Shown here: in pieces, positions 25,462-32,000 of the stretch
Layout: each line of letters starts with the position of its first letter
Position numbering within the stretch: position 1 is the stretch's first letter
NCBI RefSeq assembly: GCF_001017655.1
Contig: NZ_CP010904.1
Location: forward strand, 2,850,001-2,882,000
Length of the DNA stretch: 32,000 nt
Reading direction: 5' to 3'
Source: Kiritimatiella glycovorans
Lineage (GTDB): Bacteria; Verrucomicrobiota; Kiritimatiellia; Kiritimatiellales; Kiritimatiellaceae
Position numbers and translations under genes: made by a program
The notes under the pieces: generated by a model
Seen by the model: the letters and a program-made list of their open reading frames with translations, nothing else
Told to the model about the DNA's origin: nothing
Databases searched by the model: none

Positions 25462-25639
25462 ATCAATCTCCCGGTTGCCCGCTCTCCAGACCGGTCTTTC
25501 AACCGTACCGCCATCATAAACGCAGCCGGGATACGCCCGTATAGGGAATAGTGGCTGAACGATAGCAATATCTTGCTTGTCGAAAAAATAATCGCGGCCT
25601 AAATTAGGCTCATTAAGGCCCTTTCAGGGGGGTGCGGAT
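25462..25639. promoter_or_regulatory. Divergent promoter region between the methyltransferase operon and the AraC regulator; contains a 13-nt AT-rich perfect palindrome
   Basis: GCCTAAaTTAGGC at 25597-25609 has 6-bp arms. The region (caatatcttgcttgtcgaaaaaataatcg) is AT-rich compared with the flanks. Protein binding is not demonstrated. Confidence 0.3.
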
Positions 25640-26839
25640 ATGAATTTGTTGTCGAACCATCTGATCAGGACGGTAATACGCAGCTATCGCGAGCGGTACG
25701 GTATCCGCCCCCGTATCCTGGATACGGAGGGTAGAATTCTCAACGCGGGGAAGAGCGACGAGGTCAACTCTCTCCCCGTGCTGATCAAGGGGCGTCACGA
25801 TGCGATACGCGAGGCGGTGCGCTGGGGCGAGGCCTACACTTTTTTCCTGATGCCGGGCGTACTGAGCTGGGTGGTGCCGATCGTGCACCGGGAATCGCTG
25901 CACGGGGCGCTGACCGGGGGCGAGGTGGTCACGGAGGAGGACTTCGATCTCGCCGCGGCCGTCAACTATCTGACGGAGGCCGGGTGCGAGCGCGCGGCGG
26001 CGCAGCGGTATACGGACGCGCTCCCGGTATGGCCGCATGAGCGTCCGCGGGAGGCGGCCGATTACCTCTACCAGCTTCTCTACGATCACACCCGGCTCCG
26101 CCCGCTGCTCCTGCGCCGCAACAATGAGAATGCGCGCCAGCAGCGCCAGATCGCGGAGGAAATCCAGCAGCGCAAGGTCGCCCAGAACCGGATCTATCCG
26201 TTTGACCAGGAGCAGATGCTGCTCTCCCTCATCCGTGTCGGCGACAAAGCCGGCGCCCGCAAGCTGCTGAACAAGATGCTGGCCGCGATGTTCCTCTACT
26301 CCCCCAAGGTGTACGTCGTGCAGGCCCGCGCCATCGAGATGCTCGGCTACCTGGTGCGCACCGCCATCGAGGACAGCCCCATGCTGCGCCCGCTGCTGGA
26401 GAATCATCGCCACTGGATCGAGGAGATCCTCGAGGCGGACGACTTCGAGCGCCTGTGCGAAGTGCTGCGCAACGCGCTGGACGAATTCATGAACCGCATC
26501 TATCTTCAGGGCTACAACCGCAGCAATGCCAAGGTCCGTGAAATCATGAATTATCTCGCCGAGCATTACACCGAACCGATCTCGCTCGACGACGTGGCGC
26601 AGGCGGTGAACCTGAGCCGCTTCCGCGCGGCGCACCTGGTCAAGGAAGTGACCGGCAAGACCATTCTGCAGCACGTGAAGCGGATGCGCGTGCAGAAGGC
26701 GCGCGAACTGCTCGATCAGAGCGAGCGCAATTACGCCGACATCGCCTACGAACTGGGCTTTTCGGATCAGAGTTATTTCATTAAACAGTTCCGTGAGCTG
26801 ACCGGTACCACCCCCGCCCGCTACCGGCACCGAAGGTGA
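25640..26839 (+). CDS. AraC-family transcriptional regulator with an N-terminal sensor domain (possibly PocR-like)
   Basis: The C-terminal AraC HTH pair is ISLDDVAQAVNLSRFRAAHLVKEVTGKTILQHVKRMRVQKARELLDQSERNYADIAYELGFSDQSYFIKQFRELTGTTPARYR. The first ~110 residues (IRSYRERYGIRPRILDTEGRIL ... SWVVPIV) resemble my memory of the PocR ligand-binding domain. That assignment is tentative. Confidence 0.7.
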   Translation: MNLLSNHLIRTVIRSYRERYGIRPRILDTEGRILNAGKSDEVNSLPVLIKGRHDAIREAVRWGEAYTFFLMPGVLSWVVPIVHRESLHGALTGGEVVTEEDFDLAAAVNYLTEAGCERAAAQRYTDALPVWPHERPREAADYLYQLLYDHTRLRPLLLRRNNENARQQRQIAEEIQQRKVAQNRIYPFDQEQMLLSLIRVGDKAGARKLLNKMLAAMFLYSPKVYVVQARAIEMLGYLVRTAIEDSPMLRPLLENHRHWIEEILEADDFERLCEVLRNALDEFMNRIYLQGYNRSNAKVREIMNYLAEHYTEPISLDDVAQAVNLSRFRAAHLVKEVTGKTILQHVKRMRVQKARELLDQSERNYADIAYELGFSDQSYFIKQFRELTGTTPARYRHRR

Positions 26840-26861
26840 GGGGGGGAAAGAGTGTGAGTGA

Positions 26862-26884
26862 GAAACCTGAGACCTGAGTAAGAT
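26862..26884. repeat. Intergenic word-repeat, locus Y (exact 23-nt inverted match to 30646-30668)
   Basis: The reverse complement of gaaacctgagacctgagtaagat is atcttactcaggtctcaggtttc, which occurs exactly at 30646-30668. It contains the tandem heptamer ACCTGAG x2 and is preceded by gtgagggggggaaagagtgtgagtga. Confidence 0.85.
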
Positions 26885-26949
26885 GCAGAGTCAGGTGGAC
26901 GACCATTGAAATCCAAATCGAAATCGATAGGTACCGCAGACCCGTGGAG

Positions 26950-27057
26950 GGTCGGCTTCCACGCCGACCGCAGGTTCGTGGAATGCGTTGACCTCGTGCA
27001 CGGGGTGGAACCGGACGGGGTGGAACCCGTCCCTCCAGGTGGGGTCAGAACCCGTCC
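26950..27057 (+). promoter_or_regulatory. Structured leader with direct repeats upstream of the RACE gene
   Basis: Hairpin ggtcggc-ttccac-gccgacc at 26950-26969. Direct repeats cggggtggaacc at 27001-27012 and 27016-27027, with a variant ggggtcagaaccc at 27041-27053. ggacggg (27013-27019) can pair with cccgtcc at either 27026-27032 or 27051-27057. Confidence 0.3.
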
Positions 27058-27092
27058 GGCCGCCGTCACCCAACAATCGGTAAGCAAGAACG

Positions 27093-28964
27093 ATGAACAT
27101 CACATTTGAAGTCAACGGAAGAGACATCGGCATCGCGGGCGATGCGGACCGCACGCTGGATCTGCTGGCCATCGACGCAGGTGTGCCGCTGGACCGCCGC
27201 TGCGGGGGCAAAGGGGTCTGCCGCCGCTGCCGGGTCCTGCTCGGCCCCGGCAGGTACCGGGTGCAGGGGGTGGACCGGGAGGTCCCGGAGGGCGGGGAAG
27301 TCGAAGGGTTCGCGTGCCTGACCCGAGCGGTCAGCGAGGGATGCCGCGTGCGCGTGCCGGCCTCTTCGCTGATCGAGGAAAAGGGGCAGATCGGCATCGA
27401 CTTCCGCACCGGGAGTTTCCAGTTCGGGGCCCGCACCCGCCGTCTCTGCGTGGAGGTTCCCGCGCCTACGCAGGATCATCCGCGGGCGGACCGCGAACGC
27501 CTGCTCCGCGCGATCGAGACCGGGGCCGGAATGAAGGACGTGCGCGTGCCGCTTACGATGATGCGCGAGCTTCCGCTTCTGCTCAACGGGGTCGCGGAGA
27601 CGGTGACGGTTACGCTGAGCCGCTTCAACCACCAGTGGTACATGGTGCGGGCGGAGCGCGGCGATACCACGGACGCGCCGAATCTCGCCGTCGTCACGGA
27701 TATCGGAACGACCACCGTGGTCTGTGCGCTGGTCGACCTCAACACCGGCGCGGTGCTCGACAAGGTTTCGCGTTACAATCAGCAGATCCGGCTGGCGGAC
27801 GACGTGGCGTCGCGCATCTCGCTCGCAGAGACCCCGGCCCAGCTGGAGGAGATGCGGCGGCTGGTGATCGGGGAGTCGATCAATCCGCTGATCGAGCAGC
27901 TCTGTGCGCGCGCGGAGACCGAACCCGATTTCATCCACCGGCTGGTCGTCTCCGGGAACACCGTGATGATGCACCTGTTTCTCGCGATCCCGCCCGTCCA
28001 TATCGGGCGCATCCCCTTCCAGCCCGCCGCCCACGTGCATGAACAGTACTGGGCGGCGGAGTCGGGGGTGGAGATCCATCCCCGCGGAGTGATCGACCTC
28101 GTGCCCGCAATTTCGGGCTACGTGGGCGGGGACCTCACCGCCGATATTTACGTCTCGGGCCTGCACCGGCGCGAGCAGGGGATCGCGGCGCTGATCGATA
28201 TCGGGACCAACGGCGAGATCGTGCTCGCGGAAAACGGCTCGCTGTGGGCGGCGGCCACCGCGGCGGGGCCGGCCTTCGAGGGCGCGGGCCTCCGCCACGG
28301 TTCGCGCGCGGCGGAGGGGGCGATCGAACACATCCGGCTCGACGGGGAGGGGAACATAAGCCTTTCCACGATCGGCGACGTACCGCCCGCCGGAATCTGC
28401 GGGTCGGCGATCATCGACTTCATCGCCGAACTCAACCGCCGCGGCTGGCTGACCCCGGCCGGCCGGTACGTGCGCGAAAAACTGGAGGCGGCGGGCCGGG
28501 CGGTGGAGATCGAAGAGGGTGGACACAAGCTGCTCGCCTGCGTCCTGGCGGATGCGGAGTCGTCGGCCAGCGGCGAACCGATTGTCGTGACCGAGGGCGA
28601 TGTCGCGGAGGTGCTGAAAGCGAAGGCCGCAATCTATGCCGGGATGCAGACGCTGCTGCGCGCGCGCGGACTCGGCTTCGAGGATCTCGAGCAGCTTATC
28701 CTCGCCGGCGGGTTCGCGCAGTATGTGGACCTGCGCAATGCCATGGAGATCGGCCTGTTGCCGCGTCTTCCGGAGGAGCGGGTGGAGAGCATCGGGAACG
28801 GCTCGCTGGCGGGTGCGTATCTCGCGGCGGTGGACGAAGACGCCTGCCGGACGTATCAGACCATCGTGCACCGGCCGCGTATTATTCCGCTCAACCTGCA
28901 GCCGGATTTCGAGGACGATTTCATCGACGCGCTTTCGCTACCGGAGGGCGACGCGGTCTGCTGA
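27093..28964 (+). CDS. RACE-type reductive activator of corrinoid-dependent enzymes (N-terminal plant-type [2Fe-2S] ferredoxin plus ASKHA ATPase domain; COG3894/DUF4445, AcsV/RACo-like)
   Basis: The ferredoxin Cys pattern is CGGKGVCRRC plus C in FACLT. ASKHA motifs are AVVTDIGTTTVV, VVSGNTVMMHLF, PAISGYVGGDLTA, LIDIGTNGEIVL, ATAAGPAFEGAGLRHGSRAAEGAIE, GICGSAIID and ILAGGFAQY. Confidence 0.85.
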   Translation: MNITFEVNGRDIGIAGDADRTLDLLAIDAGVPLDRRCGGKGVCRRCRVLLGPGRYRVQGVDREVPEGGEVEGFACLTRAVSEGCRVRVPASSLIEEKGQIGIDFRTGSFQFGARTRRLCVEVPAPTQDHPRADRERLLRAIETGAGMKDVRVPLTMMRELPLLLNGVAETVTVTLSRFNHQWYMVRAERGDTTDAPNLAVVTDIGTTTVVCALVDLNTGAVLDKVSRYNQQIRLADDVASRISLAETPAQLEEMRRLVIGESINPLIEQLCARAETEPDFIHRLVVSGNTVMMHLFLAIPPVHIGRIPFQPAAHVHEQYWAAESGVEIHPRGVIDLVPAISGYVGGDLTADIYVSGLHRREQGIAALIDIGTNGEIVLAENGSLWAAATAAGPAFEGAGLRHGSRAAEGAIEHIRLDGEGNISLSTIGDVPPAGICGSAIIDFIAELNRRGWLTPAGRYVREKLEAAGRAVEIEEGGHKLLACVLADAESSASGEPIVVTEGDVAEVLKAKAAIYAGMQTLLRARGLGFEDLEQLILAGGFAQYVDLRNAMEIGLLPRLPEERVESIGNGSLAGAYLAAVDEDACRTYQTIVHRPRIIPLNLQPDFEDDFIDALSLPEGDAVC

Positions 28965-28986
28965 ACTGGAGGAGGGCTCACCCGAC

Positions 28987-29823
28987 ATGATCGACCTCAA
29001 CGACCTCAGGCGCGCGCAGTACGCCGTACGCGATCACTGGCCCGACGCGCGGCCGCGTGCCGGGCTGGTGCTCGGCTCGGGCTGGGGCGAGGCGGCGGCA
29101 GACTTCGCGGTGATCGATTCGATCCCCTATCTCGAGATTCCGGCCCTGGGGCAGACCGGCGTCACGGGACACGCGGGGAGGCTGGTGCGCGCCGAAGCGG
29201 ATATCGGCGAGATGTGGATCTTCGAAGGACGCCGGCACTGGTATGAGGGTGAAGGGTGGACGCCCGTCGTGCTTCCCTCCTGGCTGCTGCATGCCTTCGG
29301 CGCGCGACTGCTGCTGCTGACCAACGCCTCGGGCGGCATACGCGACGACCTCGGGCCCGGATCGCTGATGATCGTGGAGGACCACATCAACCGGCTGGGC
29401 GGACATCCCCTGATCGGGCCGCACCGGCCCGAACTCGGTCCCCGGTTCCCGGATCAGTCGGAGGTGTACGACCGCGCGCTGCGCGGAATTCTGTCGCAGG
29501 CCGTGGAATCGGCCGGGGCGGAGCCCCGCCGCGGCGTCTACGTGGCGGCCTCGGGCCCCGCATTCGAAACCCCCGCCGAAATACGCGCGTTCCGCGCAAT
29601 GGGCGCCGATGCGGTGGGGATGTCCACCGTGCCCGAGGCCGCGGTGGCCTGCGCGCTCGGGCTGCGGGTGGCGGCCCTCTCCTGCGTGTGCAACCGCGCC
29701 GCCGGGCTCGGCGATGCGCCGCTCTCCGAAAGTGAGGTCGTGGAGGCCGCGACCCGCGCGCTTCCCGTAATGCGGCGGGTGCTGAAACGGTTTTTCGAAA
29801 ACAGGGAGGCGTTCCGTGAGTGA
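28987..29823 (+). CDS. Purine nucleoside phosphorylase (PNP/MTAP family, PunA-like)
   Basis: The start was moved to ATG 28987 (ggaggagg RBS). Motifs are GLVLGSGWG, TGHAGRLV, EGRRHWYEG (compare GRFHYYEG), LLLTNASGG, SGPAFETPAEIR..R..GADAVGMSTVPE and N.AAG. Confidence 0.85.
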   Translation: MIDLNDLRRAQYAVRDHWPDARPRAGLVLGSGWGEAAADFAVIDSIPYLEIPALGQTGVTGHAGRLVRAEADIGEMWIFEGRRHWYEGEGWTPVVLPSWLLHAFGARLLLLTNASGGIRDDLGPGSLMIVEDHINRLGGHPLIGPHRPELGPRFPDQSEVYDRALRGILSQAVESAGAEPRRGVYVAASGPAFETPAEIRAFRAMGADAVGMSTVPEAAVACALGLRVAALSCVCNRAAGLGDAPLSESEVVEAATRALPVMRRVLKRFFENREAFRE

Positions 29824-30499
29824 CCGGACGGAAGAGAACCACGGCAGCGATCAGGGCGGGCCTTCCTTCAGGCTCCGCGAATCCGGCGGCCCCGTGTCGG
29901 GCAAAAGCTGTCCCCACTGCAACGCGCCAATGGGGGGGCAGGACGTGATCTGCATGGAATGCGGGTATAACACGCAGACCGGCGAGATCATACGCACCAC
30001 CACCTCCCGACGGCGCGGCCCGCGCCTCGGGGTGTGGCTGCTGCTCTTTCTCTTGGTCGCCGTGGTCTGGATCGGGTTCCGGCGGCCGGAATGGATCGAG
30101 CCGGGGCGCCGCGCGTTCGTGGCGACGTACCGCTGGGCGCGCGAGGCCGTCAACCCCGTGCCGGAGGTTTCCGGGGAGGATCCCGTCGCGCCCGAACCCG
30201 CGTCCTCCGCAGACCGGGCGGAGCCTGATGACCGCGCCGCGGGATCGCGGCGCGCGGAGATTCAGGACAGACTCAACCGGAAGTATCCCCCGCTGGTACC
30301 CGGGGAATCGGCCACTTTTGAACTGGACGACGGCACCACGTTCCGCGGCGAGTTTCGAGGATTGGAAGGCGATCAGGCCGTGATCAAACGCGAGGACGGC
30401 CGCCTCGTGCGGGGGCCGCTGAACCGTCTCTCCCGCGAAACCCGCCTGCGCTGCGACCCGCAGGCGCGGGCGCAATGGGTGGAGGAGAGGGTTCGTTGA
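29816..30499 (+). CDS. Hypothetical membrane protein with an N-terminal zinc-ribbon (CPHC...CMEC), one TM helix and a small C-terminal beta-rich domain
   Basis: The GTG start overlaps the PNP stop. The zinc ribbon is CPHCNAPMGGQDVICMECGYN and the TM helix is LGVWLLLFLLVAVVWIGF. Codon usage resembles neighbouring genes. I recognise no family. Confidence 0.45.
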   Translation: MSDRTEENHGSDQGGPSFRLRESGGPVSGKSCPHCNAPMGGQDVICMECGYNTQTGEIIRTTTSRRRGPRLGVWLLLFLLVAVVWIGFRRPEWIEPGRRAFVATYRWAREAVNPVPEVSGEDPVAPEPASSADRAEPDDRAAGSRRAEIQDRLNRKYPPLVPGESATFELDDGTTFRGEFRGLEGDQAVIKREDGRLVRGPLNRLSRETRLRCDPQARAQWVEERVR

Positions 30500-30502
30500 G
30501 CC

Positions 30503-30668
30503 GGGAACCTGAAGGCTGAGTATCCTGACGGGATAGACCATGAAGGCCATGAAGGTTGGTTCGGGGGAGGAGGAATCAGAGTCGGGATCGGGATTTGTAC
30601 TCGTACGCGTACGTTGGGATGCGGGCGGATTTCGGGTCCGGCCAGATCTTACTCAGGTCTCAGGTTTC
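30503..30668. repeat. Intergenic word-repeat element, locus Z; ~165 bp bounded by imperfect inverted repeats (MITE-like)
   Basis: The left end is ggaacctgaaggctgagtatc (30503-30523). The right end cttactcaggtctcaggtttc (30648-30668) has the reverse complement gaaacctgagacctgagtaag, giving about 16/21 matches. The interior holds catgaaggccatgaaggttggttcggggg (30539-30567) and gtactcgtacgcgtacg (30597-30613), shared with locus X. Confidence 0.7.
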
Positions 30669-30716
30669 AGCCCTCCCACTCATGATATACAGTCTTCACC
30701 CGCAAGGGTTTCGGCT

Positions 30717-31946
30717 CTACTGCCAGAGGCATGATACAGGCACGGCCCTGAGATTTGCTCCGAACGGAATGATCTCACGACCCGTATACAGAAGGACTCC
30801 GCCGGTGAACCTCGCCCCGGCGTCCTGCGCCAGGGAATTCAGACCGCGGAAATCGTTCCGCTTAAGTGTTTGCGCAAGCTTCACCTCCACGCCGCAGATC
30901 CGCCCTCCACTCTCGAGCACGAAATCCACTTCGGCACCGCCGCCGGTTCTATAATGGAGGAGTGCAGGCCGGTTCCGGCTCCACTCGATCTGCTTGATGA
31001 GTTCGCCGCCGACGAAGGTCTCAATGAATCGTCCGGCCAGGGTGGGATCACTCATCCATGAGGTCTCCGAAGCATTGAGGAGGTGCGTCATGAGACCGGT
31101 GTCGCCGAGCATCAGTTTCGGGGATTTGACGAGACGCTTCCCGAGGTTTGCGGCCCATGGCGGAATCCGATGGATCAGGAACGTGGTTTCAAAGAGCGAC
31201 AAATAACGCTGGAGCGTTGAGTACGGCACGACCGCGTTGCGTGATACCTCGGCAGCATTGAGCAAAGATCCGGATCGTGCCGCCAGCAGCGCCATGAGTC
31301 CGGGGGCCTGGGTGAGGCCTTCAATATGGGAGAGATCGCGAATATCCCTCTGCAGAACGGTGGTCAGATACGAGGCAAACCAGCTTCGCCGCCGGTCATC
31401 CGCCCTTCGAAGGGCTTCCGGATATCCGCCCCTGCTCACGCGCGCCGCCAGGTCCGCCCGACACACGGGCGCGGCGGGCTCGCAGGACGGTTTACCGCTC
31501 ATCAGGCGCTCTACGAATCCATCGCGGCGTTTTTCCTGTTCGCCCTGGGAAAAGGGACGCAGGGTGATGATCTCCATGCGCCCGGCCAGAGATTCCGAGA
31601 GCTTGGGCAACATCAGCACGTTGGCGGATCCCGTGAGAAGAAAACGCCCGGGCCGCCGATCTCGGTCCACACAGAGTTTGATGGCGGGGAAGACCTCCGG
31701 CGCCTTCTGCACTTCATCAAGAACCACCATGCCCTCAAGGCCCTCGATGAACCCCTGGGGATCATTGGCCACCGCCGCCATGACGCCTGCATCATCGAAT
31801 GTCAAATAAGTCGATCTTCCGGAGACCTCTTTCGCCAGCGCACGCACCAGCGTGGTCTTTCCCGTCTGCCGCGCCCCGTTAATCAATACCACCGGGGTGT
31901 CGGACAGGGCTGCCTTAACTCGATCTTCAATATTTCTTCTTATCAT
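30717..31946 (-). CDS. AAA-family ATPase with DUF4143-type C-terminal domain (AAA_14/DUF4143 architecture)
   Basis: Walker A LINGARQTGKTTL, Walker B VVLDEVQ, then LLTGS....L.....ESLAGR...I.L.P.S..E. The C-terminal region is typical of the widespread AAA_14+DUF4143 proteins. Confidence 0.8.
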   Translation of the reverse strand: MIRRNIEDRVKAALSDTPVVLINGARQTGKTTLVRALAKEVSGRSTYLTFDDAGVMAAVANDPQGFIEGLEGMVVLDEVQKAPEVFPAIKLCVDRDRRPGRFLLTGSANVLMLPKLSESLAGRMEIITLRPFSQGEQEKRRDGFVERLMSGKPSCEPAAPVCRADLAARVSRGGYPEALRRADDRRRSWFASYLTTVLQRDIRDLSHIEGLTQAPGLMALLAARSGSLLNAAEVSRNAVVPYSTLQRYLSLFETTFLIHRIPPWAANLGKRLVKSPKLMLGDTGLMTHLLNASETSWMSDPTLAGRFIETFVGGELIKQIEWSRNRPALLHYRTGGGAEVDFVLESGGRICGVEVKLAQTLKRNDFRGLNSLAQDAGARFTGGVLLYTGREIIPFGANLRAVPVSCLWQ

Positions 31947-32000
31947 GGTTAAAATATAACTACATCATGGTGAATATGCAAGGTAATGTTGGATCTGCCC

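Noticed and set aside
21706-25551. 1281-aa plus-strand ORF, the longest in the track, spanning three genes
   Set aside because: It lies exactly codon-for-codon antisense to the MetF-like gene, fhs and the pterin methyltransferase. All three end at coordinates divisible by 3, and the plus ORF starts at 1 mod 3. In that phase an antisense stop requires the sense codons TTA, CTA or TCA, which are rare in a high-GC genome. The product is low-complexity and rich in R/G/D/H/V with no motif. The minus-strand genes have unambiguous family signatures.
25462-25639. Possible riboswitch (B12 or THF) in the leader of the methyltransferase-fhs operon
   Set aside because: The minus-strand leader contains GCCACT and GGTTGAAAGACC. 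They occur in the wrong order for a cobalamin riboswitch, and I see no resemblance to the THF-I motif. Only the AT-rich palindrome is reported, at low confidence.
27041-27057. ggggtcagaacccgtcc as a dispersed copy of the RAYT-associated hairpin (gggggtcagaccccg)
   Set aside because: It is similar but has an extra A that destroys the palindrome, and it belongs to a local family of ggggtggaacc repeats. The evidence is insufficient to call it a REP copy without genome-wide counts.
26840-27092. Possible cobalamin riboswitch upstream of the corrinoid activator gene
   Set aside because: It is attractive by context. However, only loose resemblances are present: GGTGGAACC against the GGTGAAAATCC-like element, and GGTCAGAACCCGTCCGGCC against the B12 box. 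I cannot find the conserved GCCACTG core or the expected order of elements. It is kept only as an unclassified structured leader.
27066-28871. 601-aa minus-strand ORF opposite the RACE gene. Similar long antisense ORFs occur at 1720-2316, 2560-3390, 4248-5768, 7071-7754, 11386-12378, 14407-15648, 16910-17647, 18733-19713, 19990-20787, 20797-21570, 25613-26830 and 29387-30550.
   Set aside because: Each was checked by coordinate arithmetic and is in the codon-aligned antisense phase of a gene with clear homology. 29387-30550 is aligned to 29816-30499 over most of its length. They are shadow ORFs typical of high-GC DNA, with no recognisable motifs.
30540-30734. 64-aa ORF (MKAMKVGSGEEESESGSG...) and the related mini-ORF MKSMKVS at 21609-21632
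   Set aside because: The shared start is part of a DNA-level repeat core. The downstream frames are not conserved between the two loci: one stops after 7 codons. The 64-aa ORF also runs into the 3' end of the convergent ATPase gene. I treat these as features of the repeat element, not as genes.

Overview
High-GC bacterial chromosomal window. PEP-CTERM proteins, a sulfatase, XylR-type regulators and TRAP transport suggest a PVC-group glycan degrader (Kiritimatiellota/Verrucomicrobiota/Lentisphaerota-like); this is inference only. Contents from left to right: (1) A large exported glycoside-hydrolase-like gene (1-2598, minus) that the ORF track omits because it runs off the window. Its C-terminal module is a near copy of the adjacent stand-alone PEP-CTERM gene (2728-3501). 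(2) A mobile-element scrapyard (about 5730-9730). It holds a RAYT/IS200-like Y1 transposase flanked by inverted GC hairpins that are amplified into perfect tandem arrays (4 x 78 nt and 2 x 113 nt). It also holds a 5'-truncated sulfatase, a 3'-truncated IS21-like DDE transposase, a WYL-regulator fragment and a complete IS3-family element. (3) A diverged ~98-nt relic of the ruvB 3' end (9777-9875). Together with the real ruvB 3' end (19926-20023) it brackets a 10-kb unsaturated-uronate locus: kduI, kduD-like SDR, XylR-like regulator, TRAP dctPQM, a GH105-DUF4861 fusion and an unknown exported 688-aa protein. (4) ruvB-ruvA. (5) A tetrahydrofolate/corrinoid C1 module: MetF-like, fhs, a pterin-binding methyltransferase, a divergent AraC regulator and a RACE-type corrinoid activator. 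No corrinoid protein or substrate methyltransferase is in the window. (6) A purine nucleoside phosphorylase, a zinc-ribbon membrane protein and a DUF4143-type AAA ATPase. All long antisense ORFs in the track, including the 1281-aa one, are codon-aligned shadow ORFs. No rRNA, tRNA or CRISPR array was recognised. The most unusual signals are the amplified RAYT flanks, the ruvB-end direct repeat around the uronate locus, a dispersed intergenic word-repeat family at three loci, and the orphan corrinoid/THF module.
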